This document shows, piece by piece, positions 19,270 through 29,906 of a DNA stretch of 64,000 bases. Origin of the DNA: Phycisphaeraceae bacterium (GTDB lineage: Bacteria > Planctomycetota > Phycisphaerae > Phycisphaerales > UBA1924); the NCBI GenBank assembly GCA_019636565.1, contig JAHBXG010000004.1, positions 36,949 to 100,948 on the forward strand, written 5' to 3'. The number at the start of each line of letters is the position of its first letter. The first letter of the stretch is position 1. A program made the translations under genes and the position numbers. Under the pieces are notes generated by a model, which did not search any database, had not been told where the DNA came from, and was given only the letters and a program-made list of their open reading frames with translations.

Positions 19270-20622
19270 ATGAAAGCCGGTGCACGATTGCCGCGGGTGG
19301 TGATTGTCGGGGGCGGGTTTGCGGGCCTGAACGCGGCGCAGGCGCTGAGCGGTGCGCCCGCGGAAGTGACGCTGATCGATCGGCGGAATTTTCACCTGTT
19401 TCAGCCGCTGCTCTACCAGGTGGCGACGGCGGGGCTGTCACCGGCTGATATCGCGTCTCCCCTGCGGCATGTGCTGCGGAAACAGAAGAACTGCCGGGTG
19501 GTTCTGGCCGAGCCGATGGGTGTCGACTTGGATAAGCGGCGTGTGAAGTTTGAGGAAGGGGTTTGCATCGAGTACGACTGGCTGGTGCTTGCCGCAGGCG
19601 CGACGCATTCGTACTTCGGGCATGATGAGTGGGAAGAGATTGCTCCGGGGCTCAAGACGGTTGAGGATGCGACGGAGATCCGGAGGCGGATACTGCTGGC
19701 GTTTGAGAGCGCGGAATATGAGGGGAGCGAAGAGGCGAGGCGCGCCGCGCTGACGTTTGCGATTGTCGGCGGCGGCGCGACTGGCGTGGAGATGGCGGGC
19801 TCGATCATGGAAATCGCGGCGAAGACTGTGGCACAGGATTTTCGCAATATCGATACAAAGACGACTCGGGTGATCCTGTTTGATGGAAACGACCGGCTGC
19901 TGCCTGCCTTTTCGCCCGAATCGAGTGCTCGGGCAAAGCGCACGCTGGAGAAAATGGGTGTGGAAGTTCGGCTGAAGGCGTTCGTCACCAACGTAACGCG
20001 CAACGGAATCTACGTGGGGGAAGAGTTTATAGCAGCACGGTCGGTTCTTTGGGCAGCGGGCGTGCGGGCGAATCCGATCGGGGCAAGTTTGGGCGTGCCG
20101 CTGGAGAAGAGCGGACAGGTGAAAGTGGAAGCGGATCTGACGGTGCCGGGGCAGAGCAGAGTGTTTGTGGTTGGGGATATGGCGTCGGTGACTTCAAAGG
20201 GAAAGCCGGTGCCAGGAGTCGCGCCCGCCGCGATTCAGATGGGTCGCTACGTCGGAAGACTGATCGCTTCAGAGATCAGTGCGGAAGCAAGGCCGGGTTC
20301 CGCAGCGGATGCTTCTCCCGCCGCGCGTCAGTCATTTGTTTACTGGGACAAAGGCTCACTCGCCACGATCGGCAAGGCGAAAGCAGTGGCGGAGATAGCC
20401 GGATTCAGGTTTGCCGGGTACTTCGCCTGGCTGATCTGGTCGCTGGTTCACATTATGTTTTTGATCAGTTTCCGGAACCGACTGATCGTGATGTTCAACT
20501 GGGCGTGGGGCTGGTTCTTTTTCTCGAAGTCGGCGCGGCTGATTACGGGAGAGTCGAATATGCGGATTGATGAGGTGAAGGCGAATGAATCGGTGATTGG
20601 CAGGGAGGTCGCCAAGTTCTGA
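19270..20622 (+). CDS. ndh: Type II NADH:quinone oxidoreductase (NDH-2)
   Basis: It has two dinucleotide-binding motifs (VVIVGGGFAGLNAA and FAIVGGGATGVEMAG). The C-terminal membrane-anchor-like segment matches the NDH-2 layout. Confidence 0.9.
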   Translation: MKAGARLPRVVIVGGGFAGLNAAQALSGAPAEVTLIDRRNFHLFQPLLYQVATAGLSPADIASPLRHVLRKQKNCRVVLAEPMGVDLDKRRVKFEEGVCIEYDWLVLAAGATHSYFGHDEWEEIAPGLKTVEDATEIRRRILLAFESAEYEGSEEARRAALTFAIVGGGATGVEMAGSIMEIAAKTVAQDFRNIDTKTTRVILFDGNDRLLPAFSPESSARAKRTLEKMGVEVRLKAFVTNVTRNGIYVGEEFIAARSVLWAAGVRANPIGASLGVPLEKSGQVKVEADLTVPGQSRVFVVGDMASVTSKGKPVPGVAPAAIQMGRYVGRLIASEISAEARPGSAADASPAARQSFVYWDKGSLATIGKAKAVAEIAGFRFAGYFAWLIWSLVHIMFLISFRNRLIVMFNWAWGWFFFSKSARLITGESNMRIDEVKANESVIGREVAKF

Positions 20623-20756
20623 TTGCGAATTCGCCGGCTCTACCGGCCAACAACTTTGGTAGAGACCTACCGGCAGTTGAAACTGGCGGCAACGATCGGT
20701 CACCCTCCGGGCGAAAGCAGGCCGGGGCGTCGTTCGACGGAGCACGTCTGGGACGA

Positions 20757-22202
20757 TTATGGTGCCCAGACGTTTGCGGTCGAAGTTCCCGGCTTTGCAG
20801 AGCCGTTCGTCGCGCTGTTGGCTTCCCCACTGCCGTTGATTCCTGGCGCGGGGATGACGGTGCTGTTGATGTCGGCCTTGATGATGTTGACTGGATGGAC
20901 TTCTTTGGGGAAGGCAGCGGCGGATGCCGCGGGAACAGTGGCGCCATTGAGGTGGACCTTGCCGCTGGCGAGGCCGGGGAAGTGCTCGCCTTGCCACGAG
21001 GCGGGGTATTTGGAATCGTCGAGATCGATCGCGGCCTTTGTTGGAAACAGCGGCCGGAACGTGTCGCACATGACGGCGAGTTCGGCGGTGTGCGTAGCGG
21101 TGAGGGAGGCTTCGACCGTGCCCGGGTGCGGGCCGTGTGGGATGCCTTGAGGGTGCGCGGTCAACGAGCCGACTTCGATGCCCTTGCGGCTGCCGAAGTT
21201 GCCTTCGACGTAGTAGAGAACTTCGTCGGAGTCGAGGTTGCTGTGGTTGTACGGGACTTTGATCGATTGCGGGTGGTAATCGAGCATCCGCGGGCAGAAG
21301 GAGCAGATCACGAAGTTGTGGGCTTCGAAAGTCTGGTGAATCGGCGGCGGCATGTGGAGTTTGCCGGTGATCGGGCTGAAGTCGTCGATGTTGAAGATGT
21401 AGGGGTAATAGCAACCGTCCCAGCCGACGACATCGAGCGGGTGGTAGTGATAGATGTACTCGTGCACCATATCGCGAGCCTTGATGCGCACGGGGAAGTC
21501 GCCCTTTTCGTCAAAGGTGAGCGGAGTCTCGGGAAGCCTGAGGTCGCGCTCGCAGTACGGGGCGTGCTCGAGAAACTGGCTGGTTTCCTTCGCGACATAT
21601 CGGCGCGGTGGGCCAATATGCGATCCGTTCGCAGTTTCGATTAAAAGGAAACGACCAAAAGGGGTGTTCTCGATGCCGGGTTCGTTCGCGCCGAGCTTCG
21701 AAGCATCGCGCTTGTCCCACGTGAGTTTGTAGATGACGCCCTTGGGGATAATGATGTAGTCCTTTGGGCCGAACTTCAGCGTGCCCATCATGGTGTGGCA
21801 GACACCGGTGCCGAAGTGGATGAAGATGCACTCGTCGCCCTGCGCGTTCTTGAAGTGGTACTGCATCTGCTCGGCGGGGTTGCAGACGGCCATCTCGCAA
21901 TCGCTGTTGCCGAAAAGGACGACGCGCCCAGTGACGGCGTCGCCCTTGGGCGGCGACTTTTGACCGCCGGTCATGACGTGACGCATGCGCATCACATTTT
22001 GCTCGAGGTATTCCTGCTTGGTGGTATAGAGATGCTTCCAGCCAGCGACCTGAGTCGGCGGGTGGATGTGGTACATCGTGCTGGTGGGACCGGTGAAACC
22101 CTCGGTGCCGAAGAGTTCCTCCGAGTAGAGCACGCCATCGGGGCGGCGGAATTGGACGTGGCGTTTTTGGGGGAGAAGGCCGAGTTTGGTGTAATAGGCC
22201 AT
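20757..22202 (-). CDS. hmgA: Homogentisate 1,2-dioxygenase family protein
   Basis: 481 aa starting at ATG 22202. The N-terminus (MAYYTKLGLLPQKRHVQFRRPDGVLYSEELFGTEGFTGPTSTMYHIHPPT) and the cupin core are typical of HGD. There is a low-complexity C-terminal tail of about 70 aa. Confidence 0.85.
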   Translation of the reverse strand: MAYYTKLGLLPQKRHVQFRRPDGVLYSEELFGTEGFTGPTSTMYHIHPPTQVAGWKHLYTTKQEYLEQNVMRMRHVMTGGQKSPPKGDAVTGRVVLFGNSDCEMAVCNPAEQMQYHFKNAQGDECIFIHFGTGVCHTMMGTLKFGPKDYIIIPKGVIYKLTWDKRDASKLGANEPGIENTPFGRFLLIETANGSHIGPPRRYVAKETSQFLEHAPYCERDLRLPETPLTFDEKGDFPVRIKARDMVHEYIYHYHPLDVVGWDGCYYPYIFNIDDFSPITGKLHMPPPIHQTFEAHNFVICSFCPRMLDYHPQSIKVPYNHSNLDSDEVLYYVEGNFGSRKGIEVGSLTAHPQGIPHGPHPGTVEASLTATHTAELAVMCDTFRPLFPTKAAIDLDDSKYPASWQGEHFPGLASGKVHLNGATVPAASAAAFPKEVHPVNIIKADINSTVIPAPGINGSGEANSATNGSAKPGTSTANVWAP

Positions 22203-22616
22203 GGCAGAGTCTCCAGCGGTGCTTCTATTTTACGCGACGCCGATGCGGTGTAGAAAGTTCGTACGTCTGGGCGCGCTGCAGAAGAGAATCGCTCGCAAAG
22301 CCGAAAAAACGCATTGGCTACGCAACCAGCGGGGATGCGTGCAATTCACCACGGAAAGGCGCTTGACTTGGGCAATTACCTCGGCAAGACTCCGTTGCTC
22401 CAATGGGGAGTTTTGAAATGGCTCTGTATTTCAGCCACATTCCGACATGCGGATGGCTCGGCCAATCGCCGGCAGCGCTGTCGAAGCGCGACGCCTGAGT
22501 CGCATTGATTCTCTGAACACATTCCAGAACGACTTGTAGATGCTTGGTTTTGCGTGCTTTTCGTGCGCTTGTGGCGTGCGGGCGGGACGGGAAGGCGGTT
22601 TGCCGTGAACAGCGAG

Positions 22617-22949
22617 ATGATGAATGAAATGACGGTCGTGAAGGTTCTGCCTCCCGAGGACATCCGGGCGGGTATGTTCGTGGCGGTCTTGTATGAGACG
22701 CACGAAGTCCTGCCGCCAAAGGCGTTTGACGTGGAGCCGGGGCAGAGCGTACGGCCGGTGCGTGTGGCGTGCATGGACTGCGCCGACGGCGAGCCGCGGC
22801 GGGTGCTCACGGTCTGCTTGCCGTTCGTGCAGGTTGAGTCGCCCGAGGGGTGGCTGACTTCGCTGGACGTGCGGCGTCAATCGGTGGTTGCGCTTTCCGA
22901 GATGTTCGGTCTCGAGGCGTTTACCCGCCCGAAGCGGAAGGATGATTGA
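22617..22949 (+). CDS. Hypothetical protein
   Basis: Protein-like composition begins at ATG 22617 (MMNEMTVVKVLPPEDIRAGMFVAVLYETHEV...). The upstream part of the track ORF (from 22554) is Arg/Gly-rich. I recognise no family. Confidence 0.5.
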   Translation: MMNEMTVVKVLPPEDIRAGMFVAVLYETHEVLPPKAFDVEPGQSVRPVRVACMDCADGEPRRVLTVCLPFVQVESPEGWLTSLDVRRQSVVALSEMFGLEAFTRPKRKDD

Positions 22950-23052
22950 ATTGTGCCGCGGCCGGCGCGTCGAAGGGCGCGCCGGGCCGCTTTTGTTGGT
23001 TCGCGGCCCGTGGTATCGTTGTTGGTGTGCGGGGAACGAACAAGGGTGACAC

Positions 23053-24036
23053 ATGGATGTGGTGGACCAGCCGACATCATCGAACGTAGCAGCGCTGAAG
23101 GATACGAAGGACAAAGTGCGTTCGGGCCTGATGATCGGCGTCGCCGTCCTTGCTTTGGCGTGCATTCTCTTCGGTTCGCTGCCCGTCAAGGTCGTCGCCT
23201 CGGTACTGGCTATGTGCATCATCCAGGGACTTTGGCGGGGTGCGGCGGAATTGATCGGCCTTGTCGCGGGAATGATCGTCGGTGTATTGCTGTGCCGCCC
23301 GATCGGGAGGTTGCTGGAGCCTGCGCTGGCTTCGATGACGCGAACGAGCGGGCTCTCCGCAAGGCTGATTTCGGTTGGTCTGGCGGCAGTGGTGGTTTCT
23401 GCGCTGGTAGCGGTTGTGATCGGCGTGTTTTCGAAGCGAATGATGAAGAAACGTCCGCAATTGGCCGGGGCGGACAAGTTTGCCGGAGGCGGAATCGGGC
23501 TGGTGGAGGGGTGTTTTCTCGGGCTCATTATTTTGTGGGTACCACTTGCGATGGAGCCCGTTGCCCGCGGGCAGATCGGAGACGGCGGCGACGGGAGCGA
23601 GGGCCGCGCACGGAACCCGGTTGCAGAAGCGGTTGTGAGTTTTGCGGAGCAGGTGAAGGACTCGAGTCTCGGGGGCGTTGCGGAGAGCACGAACCCGATG
23701 GACGGCGCGAGGATCTTCGCGCTCACGGGGGACTTTGCTCTTGTGATGCGGCACCGTCGAGCGCGCGAGCACTTTGTGAACAGCGATGCCATGCGTATGA
23801 TTCGCGAAACCCCGAGCGTGCGCGACGCGGTTGCCAAACTCGAGCGCGACCCCGAACTCGGTGCAATGATCCGAGCGGGGGACTACGGACCGGAGTTCGT
23901 GCGGGGAGTATTGACCAGTCGCTCGCTTGTCGAGGTGTTGGACGGGACCACAGTTGTCCGAGATCTGACGCCGCTGGTCAACGAGATCGAGAAGGCGTTG
24001 CAGGAAGCGAAGCAAATCGCTCTGGGCACTCGCTAG
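23053..24036 (+). CDS. CvpA-like membrane protein with C-terminal soluble extension (tentative)
   Basis: 327 aa with four hydrophobic helices in the first 170 aa, arranged as in CvpA/colicin V production proteins. The rest is soluble. The family call is from memory only. Confidence 0.6.
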   Translation: MDVVDQPTSSNVAALKDTKDKVRSGLMIGVAVLALACILFGSLPVKVVASVLAMCIIQGLWRGAAELIGLVAGMIVGVLLCRPIGRLLEPALASMTRTSGLSARLISVGLAAVVVSALVAVVIGVFSKRMMKKRPQLAGADKFAGGGIGLVEGCFLGLIILWVPLAMEPVARGQIGDGGDGSEGRARNPVAEAVVSFAEQVKDSSLGGVAESTNPMDGARIFALTGDFALVMRHRRAREHFVNSDAMRMIRETPSVRDAVAKLERDPELGAMIRAGDYGPEFVRGVLTSRSLVEVLDGTTVVRDLTPLVNEIEKALQEAKQIALGTR

Positions 24037-24054
24037 GAACGAGAGGTTTGAATC

Positions 24055-25227
24055 ATGAAGGACCGGAGTTTTCTGGGAATACAGAACGCCGATGCTTTGG
24101 TGCCCGAGGTGGCCAAAGAGTGGTTGCGGTTTGAGCTAGTGGGCAATCCGGTCTGGGCCTGGATACTGGCAATAGGGCTGTTCCTCGTTTCGATCGGGGT
24201 GCTGCTGCTGGCCCGCCGAATCGCTGTGCGTCGGCTCGGCCGATTGGCGATGCGAACGACATCGAAACTCGATGACTTGCTGGTGGCGGTCCTCGCGGAC
24301 ATCCGCTGGTGGGCAATGACGGCGTTCTCAGTTTTCCTGGTCAGCCAGGTGCTGGTGTTGCCGGATCGCGCGGTCTGGATTCTGCGCGCGGTTGCGATGG
24401 TGGCGCTCGGCGTTCAGGCGCTGATCACAAGCCGGCTGATCATCGACTACCTGATCGGCGCCCTGATGCAGGCCAAACGCGGCCCCTCGGGGGAAGTCGA
24501 CGCGTCGCTGCAGTCCGCGACGACCATCATCCGATTCCTGGCCACCCTGTTCATCGGGGCGCTGACGATCCTTCTCACGCTTGCGAACATGGGGATCGAG
24601 ATCACCCCGCTCATCACGGGGCTTGGGATCGGCGGCGTCGCGGTGGCGTTGGCATCGCAGGCCATGCTGTCGGACGTGTTTGCTTCGCTTTCGATCTTGT
24701 TCGATAAACCCTTTCTCGTCGGCGACTTCATCATTGTCGGCGACAAGATGGGAACGGTCGAGAACATCGGCGTCAAGACAACACGTGTGCGGGCATTGTC
24801 GGGCGAACAGCTGGTGTTTTCCAACAGCGATCTGCTGGGTTCACGCATCCAGAACTTCAAGCGGATGCAACAGCGTCGGGTCGTGTTCGCCGTGGGGATC
24901 ACTTACGAGACGCCCGCTGAAAAGGTGGAGAAGGTCCCGACTATTTTGGCCGAGGCCGTGCGAGCGAACGCAATTGCAAGGCTCGATCGTGCTCACTTCA
25001 AGTCTTTCGGGGACTACGCGCTTCAATTCGAGGTCGTCTACTACGTTGACAGTCCGGATTACAACCGGTACATGGACACGCAGCAGGCGATAAACCTCAC
25101 GCTGTTCCGCCGATTCGCGGCGGAGGGGATCAACTTCGCCTATCCGACCAGCGTCGAGATTCAGCGATTCGAGTCGCAGGACGGCAGGCCGCCCGCACGA
25201 ATCAAGACAGTTGGCGCAGAAGCCTGA
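24055..25227 (+). CDS. Mechanosensitive ion channel family protein (MscS-like)
   Basis: The MscS core is present: IGGVAVALASQAMLSDVFASLSILFDKPFLVGDFIIVGDKMGTVENIGVKTTRVRALSGEQLVFSN. GAGAGG lies upstream of ATG 24055. Confidence 0.9.
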   Translation: MKDRSFLGIQNADALVPEVAKEWLRFELVGNPVWAWILAIGLFLVSIGVLLLARRIAVRRLGRLAMRTTSKLDDLLVAVLADIRWWAMTAFSVFLVSQVLVLPDRAVWILRAVAMVALGVQALITSRLIIDYLIGALMQAKRGPSGEVDASLQSATTIIRFLATLFIGALTILLTLANMGIEITPLITGLGIGGVAVALASQAMLSDVFASLSILFDKPFLVGDFIIVGDKMGTVENIGVKTTRVRALSGEQLVFSNSDLLGSRIQNFKRMQQRRVVFAVGITYETPAEKVEKVPTILAEAVRANAIARLDRAHFKSFGDYALQFEVVYYVDSPDYNRYMDTQQAINLTLFRRFAAEGINFAYPTSVEIQRFESQDGRPPARIKTVGAEA

Positions 25228-26512
25228 CTTCTCGCCGATCGGAAAGTGTCAGCCAGAGCATTGCCAAGGCCGCTCGCGCGGACCACTCTCGGATCGCGCT
25301 GCGGTCGCCGGTGAACTCAAACCGGCGAACGTCGGGCGGGTGTGATCGCGATGCCAGAGCGGCGAACACTGTTCCGACCGGCTTCTCGGGAGTTCCACCC
25401 GAGGGACCGGCAACCCCCGTGATCGCGAGCGCGAAGTCGGCGCCGGCTTCTCGGAGGCCCCCTTGTGCCATCGCGAGAGCAACCTCACTGCTCACTGCGC
25501 CCGGAGCATTTCTGCGTCCTGCTTCATGAAAGAGCGACGCGGGCACGCCCACTTCTCGCAATTTGGTTTCGTTTGCATACGTCACCCAGCCCGTTCGGAA
25601 GACATCCGACGCCCCGGGAAAGTCGGTGATCTGAGAGGCCAAGAGCCCGCCCGTGCAGCTTTCGATGGTGGTGAGCGACTGCGATCGCTCCCGCAGGGTA
25701 CGGACGATGACGGAGGCGAGCGAGTCGTCATCGCTGCCGAAGATCGCTTCGCCGACAAGGGATCGAATGGTGGCCTCGTCGCGGGCAATCAATGCCTCTG
25801 CTTCTGCTGGCGTGAGCGGCCCTTCGTATCGGATGCGGCAGGAGACCACGCTGTTGCTCGCTGTGGTGCCAATGAGGGGAATCCGATCGCGGGCCATCAG
25901 GTCGCCACCGGGCGAGCGATGCAGTCGCAGAGCGATCTCCGATTCGCCCAGACCGATGGTGTGCAACACCCGGACCCGCACCGTGCGGGTTTGATCCGGG
26001 CGGAGTAGCGGCGCAACAAAGCGGTCAAACATGGGCTGTAATTCGCGCGGAGGGCCCGGGAGGCAAAAGACGTCGCACTTCCCGAGCCGGGCATGAATCC
26101 CGGGAGCGGTCCCAAAAGCGTTGGCGAGCATGGTGGCGCGCGACGGTCGCTGCGCCTGTATCGTGTTCAATTCATTCATCGGCCGGCCACGGGCGGCGAA
26201 CCACGCCGTGATTTGAGCGAGCGCATCCCCGTCTTCGAGGAGCGTGTCGTTCAGGGCGTCGGCGAGAGCGAACCGGGTGAGATCGTCGGCGGTCGGACCC
26301 AAGCCGCCGGAACACAGGATGAGATCAACACGTGCGGCTAGGCGCGTGAATGCGGCAGCGATGGCGGGGCGGTCGTCCGGGAGAGAAACATGCTCGACGG
26401 GGACAATCCCAACATCCAGAAGGCGGGATGCGATCCACCGGCTGTTAGTGTCGAGAGTCTGACCGATGACGATTTCATCACCTTGAGAAATGATGGCGGC
26501 GGTGCGGTGCAT
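25202..26512 (-). CDS. cinA: CinA family protein (MoCF-like domain + nicotinamide-nucleotide amidohydrolase domain)
   Basis: 436 aa with a MoaB/MogA-like N-terminal domain (IISQGDEIVIGQTLDTNSRWI...GGLGPTADD). The C-terminal CinA domain contains ESCTGGLLA. Its 3' end overlaps the convergent MscS gene by 26 nt. Confidence 0.9.
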   Translation of the reverse strand: MHRTAAIISQGDEIVIGQTLDTNSRWIASRLLDVGIVPVEHVSLPDDRPAIAAAFTRLAARVDLILCSGGLGPTADDLTRFALADALNDTLLEDGDALAQITAWFAARGRPMNELNTIQAQRPSRATMLANAFGTAPGIHARLGKCDVFCLPGPPRELQPMFDRFVAPLLRPDQTRTVRVRVLHTIGLGESEIALRLHRSPGGDLMARDRIPLIGTTASNSVVSCRIRYEGPLTPAEAEALIARDEATIRSLVGEAIFGSDDDSLASVIVRTLRERSQSLTTIESCTGGLLASQITDFPGASDVFRTGWVTYANETKLREVGVPASLFHEAGRRNAPGAVSSEVALAMAQGGLREAGADFALAITGVAGPSGGTPEKPVGTVFAALASRSHPPDVRRFEFTGDRSAIREWSARAALAMLWLTLSDRREVRLLRQLS

Positions 26513-26635
26513 CGGACAACCCTACAAAGGAAACAAGTCCAAGAGTCGAGAAGGGCGTGACGGCGGGCAACCAACAACATCAACAGGACAAAGTGTGAAC
26601 GAACAGAAGCCGTCGAAGCAACAAGTACCTGTGGG

Positions 26636-28195
26636 TCATGCGTGAGTGTGTGTGCGCAACCCGGATTCGTCGTCGCCGACCCTATGGATTGCGACTAAAT
26701 TGACAGACTTTGCGACGCCCAACGGGCGACCGCAGAGAATTACGATCGATTCACCTATTTCTGCGATGCCGCGGGAGAGCAGGAACCGATCGGTTTCTTC
26801 GTTCCACGTCGCCAGAGGCGAGGGGCCATCGGGTGTTCTCAGGCAAACGGCGGTGACCGCGCGAAGGATTGCCATCCGGCGGCAAGCCCGCAACGAAGAG
26901 GAATAGGCGATGATCGGGATATCGAAATCGTTCTGCGAAAGGTACCGAGCCGTCCCGCCGGCTTGAGACCAGCAAATAACGGCTTTCGCTCCAATATCGC
27001 GGGCGATTTGCCACGCGCCGTGCGCAAGGGCCGCAGTCTGGTACTTGCTCTCGATGAGCTGCCGCGGCGCATCGTGGTGTGTTGCGATCTCAATCATCCG
27101 TTCTTCTGCGGCAGAAGCGATTCGGCGCATCGTCTCTACGGCAAGCACCGGCCATTTGCCGGTCGCGGTCTCAGCCGACAGCATGACTGCATCGGTTCCA
27201 TCGAAGACGGCATTTGCCACGTCGCTCGCTTCGGCGCGAGTGGGCGATGGGTTTTCGATCATCGACTCGAGCATCTGTGTGGCGACTATGACCGGTTTGC
27301 CCCAGTTGTGCGCCGCCGCAATCAACTGCTTCTGGACCACTGGCACCCTGGCGATATCCATCTCGACGCCCAGGTCACCGCGCGCAACCATGATTCCGTC
27401 CGCCGCGCGAATTATGGACTCGATGTTCTCGACGGCTTGCGGCTTCTCGATTTTGGCGATAACGGGAATCGTTGCGGATTCACCTTTGAGATCAGCGCTC
27501 CGCGTGACAGGACACATTGATGCAAGCTTTGCCTTGAGTTCAAGAACCTCATCTGCTGTGCGGACAAAGCTGAGCGCAAGAAAATCGAGATGATTCTCGA
27601 CCGCCCATGCCACGCACTCCCAATCGCGGTCGGTGATGGCTGGTGCAGAAACTGAACTCTGCGGCAGATTGATGCCCTTGGAACTGGTGACCAGACCGCC
27701 GCCCCCCACCGTCACCGTGCATCGCAGTTCGCCTTCGCGCTCACGCGGAAGCGCGAGGAGGCGGATTGCGCCGTCGTTTATGAGGACCTTGTGGCCCGGC
27801 TCGACTTCTTTCACGATGGGCGCGTATGTTGTGGAAAAGACAGCGATCGGTTCGCCTGAAGCGCCCTTTTCAATGCGCGCGATATCGAGGTCATTTCGAA
27901 AAACAACCGTCTGTCCCGGCGCAACGAGAATACCGGGCGGCTCCACCCTGCCGACCCGAATCTTCGGCCCCTGGAGATCTCCGAGGCACGCGATCGGGCG
28001 ATCCAGTTCGGCAGCAATCTGCCTCACGACATCAAGCCGCCGCTCGTGCGCCTCGAAATCGCCGTGGGAAAAATTGAATCGAAAAATCGCGACTCCGGCT
28101 TCGATGAGTTTGCGGACAATCTCGGGCGAGTCGCTCCCGGGGCCGATTGTCGCGACGATCTTGGTGAATGAGGTTGGCGACTTCTGCGGCGTCAT
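26636..28195 (-). CDS. pyk: Pyruvate kinase
   Basis: The motifs are TKIVATIGPGSDSPE, FRFNFSHGD, MVARGDLGVE, VATQMLESM. ATG 28195 (MTPQKSPTSF) is preferred to the longer track start. Confidence 0.95.
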   Translation of the reverse strand: MTPQKSPTSFTKIVATIGPGSDSPEIVRKLIEAGVAIFRFNFSHGDFEAHERRLDVVRQIAAELDRPIACLGDLQGPKIRVGRVEPPGILVAPGQTVVFRNDLDIARIEKGASGEPIAVFSTTYAPIVKEVEPGHKVLINDGAIRLLALPREREGELRCTVTVGGGGLVTSSKGINLPQSSVSAPAITDRDWECVAWAVENHLDFLALSFVRTADEVLELKAKLASMCPVTRSADLKGESATIPVIAKIEKPQAVENIESIIRAADGIMVARGDLGVEMDIARVPVVQKQLIAAAHNWGKPVIVATQMLESMIENPSPTRAEASDVANAVFDGTDAVMLSAETATGKWPVLAVETMRRIASAAEERMIEIATHHDAPRQLIESKYQTAALAHGAWQIARDIGAKAVICWSQAGGTARYLSQNDFDIPIIAYSSSLRACRRMAILRAVTAVCLRTPDGPSPLATWNEETDRFLLSRGIAEIGESIVILCGRPLGVAKSVNLVAIHRVGDDESGLRTHTHA

Positions 28196-28274
28196 GGGGA
28201 GATGCGTGAAGCACGGAAGAAGGTGCGCCAGAATTCCGGCGAGCACAGGGGCAACCTGTGGCTGTAGACTTGAA

Positions 28275-29840
28275 TCATGTCCGCTCGCGTTCCCGTGCCT
28301 GGGTGAACAGGCGAACTACTTCCAGATACTGCCGCTTGAAGAATTTGCTGTACGCGATTTCCGCGCGGCGTTGCGCCCCAGGGCCCTTCCATGAATTGCG
28401 GACGGCCTGGAAGGTGTCCGGCGTGAAAGGGATTCCGCTCCCATCGGGGCCGATCGTGGTCGGCCATGCATAGAACGCTGTCTCCATCTCCGCAAGCACG
28501 GAAGTGGGAAAACCAGAATCCGCCCGGGCTTCATTTAGCGCCTTCCAGGCTTCTCGCTGCTCTTCCGAGTTGTCGATTGCGAACGCCCCCATCATCACGC
28601 CGATGGCCGATCGCCAACCGGCGGGTTTGACGGTCGAGGCGAGTTCGTACGGATTCACCTGATCGATCAGGTAGTCCCAGTACTTCTCGTACATCACGCG
28701 GCGAATGGGCATTCGCCGCAATTCGTAGTGCTTTGGACCGAGTTTCACGCCATCCAACACGGGCGAGTTCGCGTTCTGAACGTGGAAGTTCCAGAGTGCC
28801 TGCCCCTCGATGCTGAGAACGAACTCGACGAAGCGCCGGGCGATTTCGGGGTTCGGCCCTCCCCGCATGATTGAGATCGGGTCGGCATCGATCGATGCTG
28901 TGCCTTTCGGATCAACGTATCCGACCCTCACGTGCGCCGGGTCTTCGCCGGGCTTCGCGATTGCCTGCGCCTGACTCCGCCCGTAGAAGTCGATCGCCAA
29001 CCCGATCGCGCCTTCTCCGAGGCTGATATCGATCGGCGGTTTGGTGGATGAGTTGGTGAAGTAGCGGGCATTGGCGCACATCTCGCGAAGCAGCCGCCAC
29101 CCTTTTTCCCAGCCGTAGTTGCTCAACACCGCATCGAATGCCGTCGAAATCGAGCCCGACTGCCGCGGATCGGCGAGCGCCACCATTCCCTGCAGTTTCG
29201 GACTTGCGAGGTCTTCGAAGGACGTGGGCTCCTTCAGCCCAAGCCGTGTAAGCAAATCCCGGTTGAAGACGATGCCGAACCCGGAGAGCGCGTTGCCAAT
29301 CCAATATTGCTCCGGGTCGTACAGGAGAGCGGCGCCAATCTCGTTCTTGCCGAACCAGTCGTCAAGTTTGGCCTGCGGAAAACCAGCCGGAACGGACATC
29401 GGCAGGTTCTTCGATATCACCTGCCCGTCCTTCTCAACCTTGACAGTGACACCCTCTCCCGACTTCAACCTTCCGTGATCAAACGAGCCGCCCCCAAAGA
29501 CAATGTCGTAGTCGATCGTCCCCGGCTTGCACGTTCCATCCGGTGCGATCGCGCCGCTCTGGATGCTGGCGATGTACTGGCTCTGAAGCAGTTTGATGAT
29601 CTCGCTGGTACCCAACGGGCCGCGCCAGTCAACCGAAACGGGAGTGCCGTACTTGCGAAGGTGCCACGCCTCAAACGCCGGGCCGAATTCGGCCGATATT
29701 TGCGTTACGTGAGGCGTGATGATGATCAGCCGCGGCACATCCTTGCCGGGAGCCGCCGACCCTCCCGCCGGGCGCAGCAGGAACGGAACGCCGATGATCA
29801 GCAGGAATGCGACGAGCAGTGGAAGAATTCGGAGAGTCAC
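28275..29840 (-). CDS. Extracellular solute-binding protein (ABC-type, orphan in this window)
   Basis: 521 aa with a GTG start and a signal/TM N-terminus (MTLRILPLLVAFLLIIGVPFLL). The length and composition resemble a PBP2-type fold. No permease or ATPase genes are adjacent. Confidence 0.75.
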   Translation of the reverse strand: MTLRILPLLVAFLLIIGVPFLLRPAGGSAAPGKDVPRLIIITPHVTQISAEFGPAFEAWHLRKYGTPVSVDWRGPLGTSEIIKLLQSQYIASIQSGAIAPDGTCKPGTIDYDIVFGGGSFDHGRLKSGEGVTVKVEKDGQVISKNLPMSVPAGFPQAKLDDWFGKNEIGAALLYDPEQYWIGNALSGFGIVFNRDLLTRLGLKEPTSFEDLASPKLQGMVALADPRQSGSISTAFDAVLSNYGWEKGWRLLREMCANARYFTNSSTKPPIDISLGEGAIGLAIDFYGRSQAQAIAKPGEDPAHVRVGYVDPKGTASIDADPISIMRGGPNPEIARRFVEFVLSIEGQALWNFHVQNANSPVLDGVKLGPKHYELRRMPIRRVMYEKYWDYLIDQVNPYELASTVKPAGWRSAIGVMMGAFAIDNSEEQREAWKALNEARADSGFPTSVLAEMETAFYAWPTTIGPDGSGIPFTPDTFQAVRNSWKGPGAQRRAEIAYSKFFKRQYLEVVRLFTQARERERT

Positions 29841-29906
29841 ATCTGAAGTCTACCGTCCGTCGAAGTGCGGGTGGACGGGTCCTCCGAATATCGGGAGCAG
29901 GAGCGG

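Noticed and set aside
20356-21414. 352-aa minus-strand ORF and 20895..21644(+)
   Set aside because: The composition is extremely Arg/Pro/Gln/His-rich. They are alternative frames of hmgA and the ndh 3' end.
22431-24134. ORFs 22431..23837(-) 468 aa and 22953..24134(+) 393 aa
   Set aside because: They are Arg/Ser/Pro-rich shadows. The frames 22617..22949 and 23053..24036 give protein-like sequences instead.
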